DNA from: an uncultured virus (IMG/VR IMGVR_UViG_3300031088_000645)
Lineage: Duplodnaviria; Heunggongvirae; Uroviricota; Caudoviricetes
Direction: 5' to 3' (one strand)
Length of the DNA stretch: 56,397 nt
IMG/VR virus record: IMGVR_UViG_3300031088_000645
Within the stretch, counting starts at the first letter, position 1, and each line of letters begins with the position of its first letter. Of this stretch, positions 55,709 to 56,397 are shown piece after piece. A model generated the notes under the pieces. It was given only the letters and a program-made list of their open reading frames with translations. It made no database searches and was not told the DNA's origin. A program made the position numbers and the translations under genes.

Positions 55709-56397
55709 GTGAGCAATCTCGTACTCAAACCAATCGTTGACAAGAATGGGAAGCATACCCATGTTCGCGTTAGCCCTGACGGTAAAAACGCCTCTAAGCG
55801 TCTCTCGCCGTCTTTGAAGCCTTCGGTGTCCACCCACAACCCTACGGCGGCAAAAGTCCCTGAGCCGTCTCCTGTGGCTTCTGCGGGTCGTAATGAAGAT
55901 TCTGTGATGTTCATAAAGCCGTGGAACAAGATTCAACTTGAGCACACCACATTTGAGTATGAAGGCATGGACTGGGAACTTGCTCCCGAGGGCTACTCTG
56001 GCGCATATTGTGACAGGTGCAGGTCATTCTTCACCGTCGAAGAAATTGAAGAGGCTGACAATAGGACGAAGCTTCTGTATTGCCAAATGTGCAACCATGT
56101 TCACTCCACCGGGCAGTTGGCTTCGGCAGTGCGATATACCGACCGTCAATTCTTCGACAAAGAAGCGGTTCGCGACACCGAGTGGTACCACATCAGCACC
56201 AAGTCGAATTGGGAAGAAGCCATTACCGAGATGGCGGAATCCGAGCAGCCTTTGATTCATGCAGGAAGTCTCAATGCGGCAGAAAGTCGAATGAAGTACA
56301 TCAAGACGATTACCGATGAAGACATTCATGTAGCAAAACTGGATAACCCTATCCATCATGCTGCATGGGGAGACAAAGCGAAGTTCTACCGGTATAC
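55709..56397 (+). CDS. IVDKNG-tagged Zn finger + ART-like protein, paralog of 42360..43256; 3' truncated, absent from ORF track
   Basis: GTG after AGGAAGG; translates LKPIVDKNGKHTHVRV...WELAPEGYSGAYCDRC...CQMC...WYHIS...IHAGSLNAAESRMK; open to window end. Confidence 0.75.
   Translation, partial: MSNLVLKPIVDKNGKHTHVRVSPDGKNASKRLSPSLKPSVSTHNPTAAKVPEPSPVASAGRNEDSVMFIKPWNKIQLEHTTFEYEGMDWELAPEGYSGAYCDRCRSFFTVEEIEEADNRTKLLYCQMCNHVHSTGQLASAVRYTDRQFFDKEAVRDTEWYHISTKSNWEEAITEMAESEQPLIHAGSLNAAESRMKYIKTITDEDIHVAKLDNPIHHAAWGDKAKFYRY

Noticed and set aside
55938..56359. Short ORFs listed at the window end
   Set aside because: Out-of-frame or antisense to the open gene starting at 55709, which is supported by paralogy.
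1..56397. tRNA, rRNA, transposase, integrase or virion structural genes
   Set aside because: None recognised by eye; a tRNAscan/HMM run would be needed to exclude divergent copies.

Overview
Gene-dense 56 kb segment, moderate GC by eye (not computed), most likely from a large actinobacterial extrachromosomal element: a giant plasmid or jumbo-phage-like replicon. Support for this: many short phage/plasmid-type hypotheticals, numerous leaderless TANNNT-N6/7-ATG starts, bidirectional intrinsic terminators and an LAxTG-anchored protein. I found no housekeeping, replication, virion-structural, integrase, tRNA or rRNA genes. Recognisable genes: the 3' end of a type I-E Cascade operon (cas5e-cas6e, with no cas1/cas2 or array downstream), a serpin, a DHA2 MFS exporter, a duplicated SipW/TasA-like + LamG fibre locus, three non-canonical pilin-like adhesins, CpdA-like and secreted metallophosphoesterases, and Nudix, HNH, HAD, ParB-like, XRE and Excalibur proteins. 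The most striking unexplained signals are two shared peptide tags. (1) An N-terminal I[VI]DKNG[KR]xT[TH]V motif sits on six otherwise different proteins carrying effector-like domains (GNAT, Cys-His-Asp fold, two Zn-finger + ART-like). (2) A C-terminal [DGE][IL]Dxx[LIMV]xxx[LMFI] helical module ends ten otherwise unrelated proteins. Candidate RNA-level controls are also visible: CUAACCA-loop hairpins ahead of both TasA-like genes, and a promoter inside an RBS-occluding hairpin. All family assignments come from motif recognition by eye; no database searches were run.
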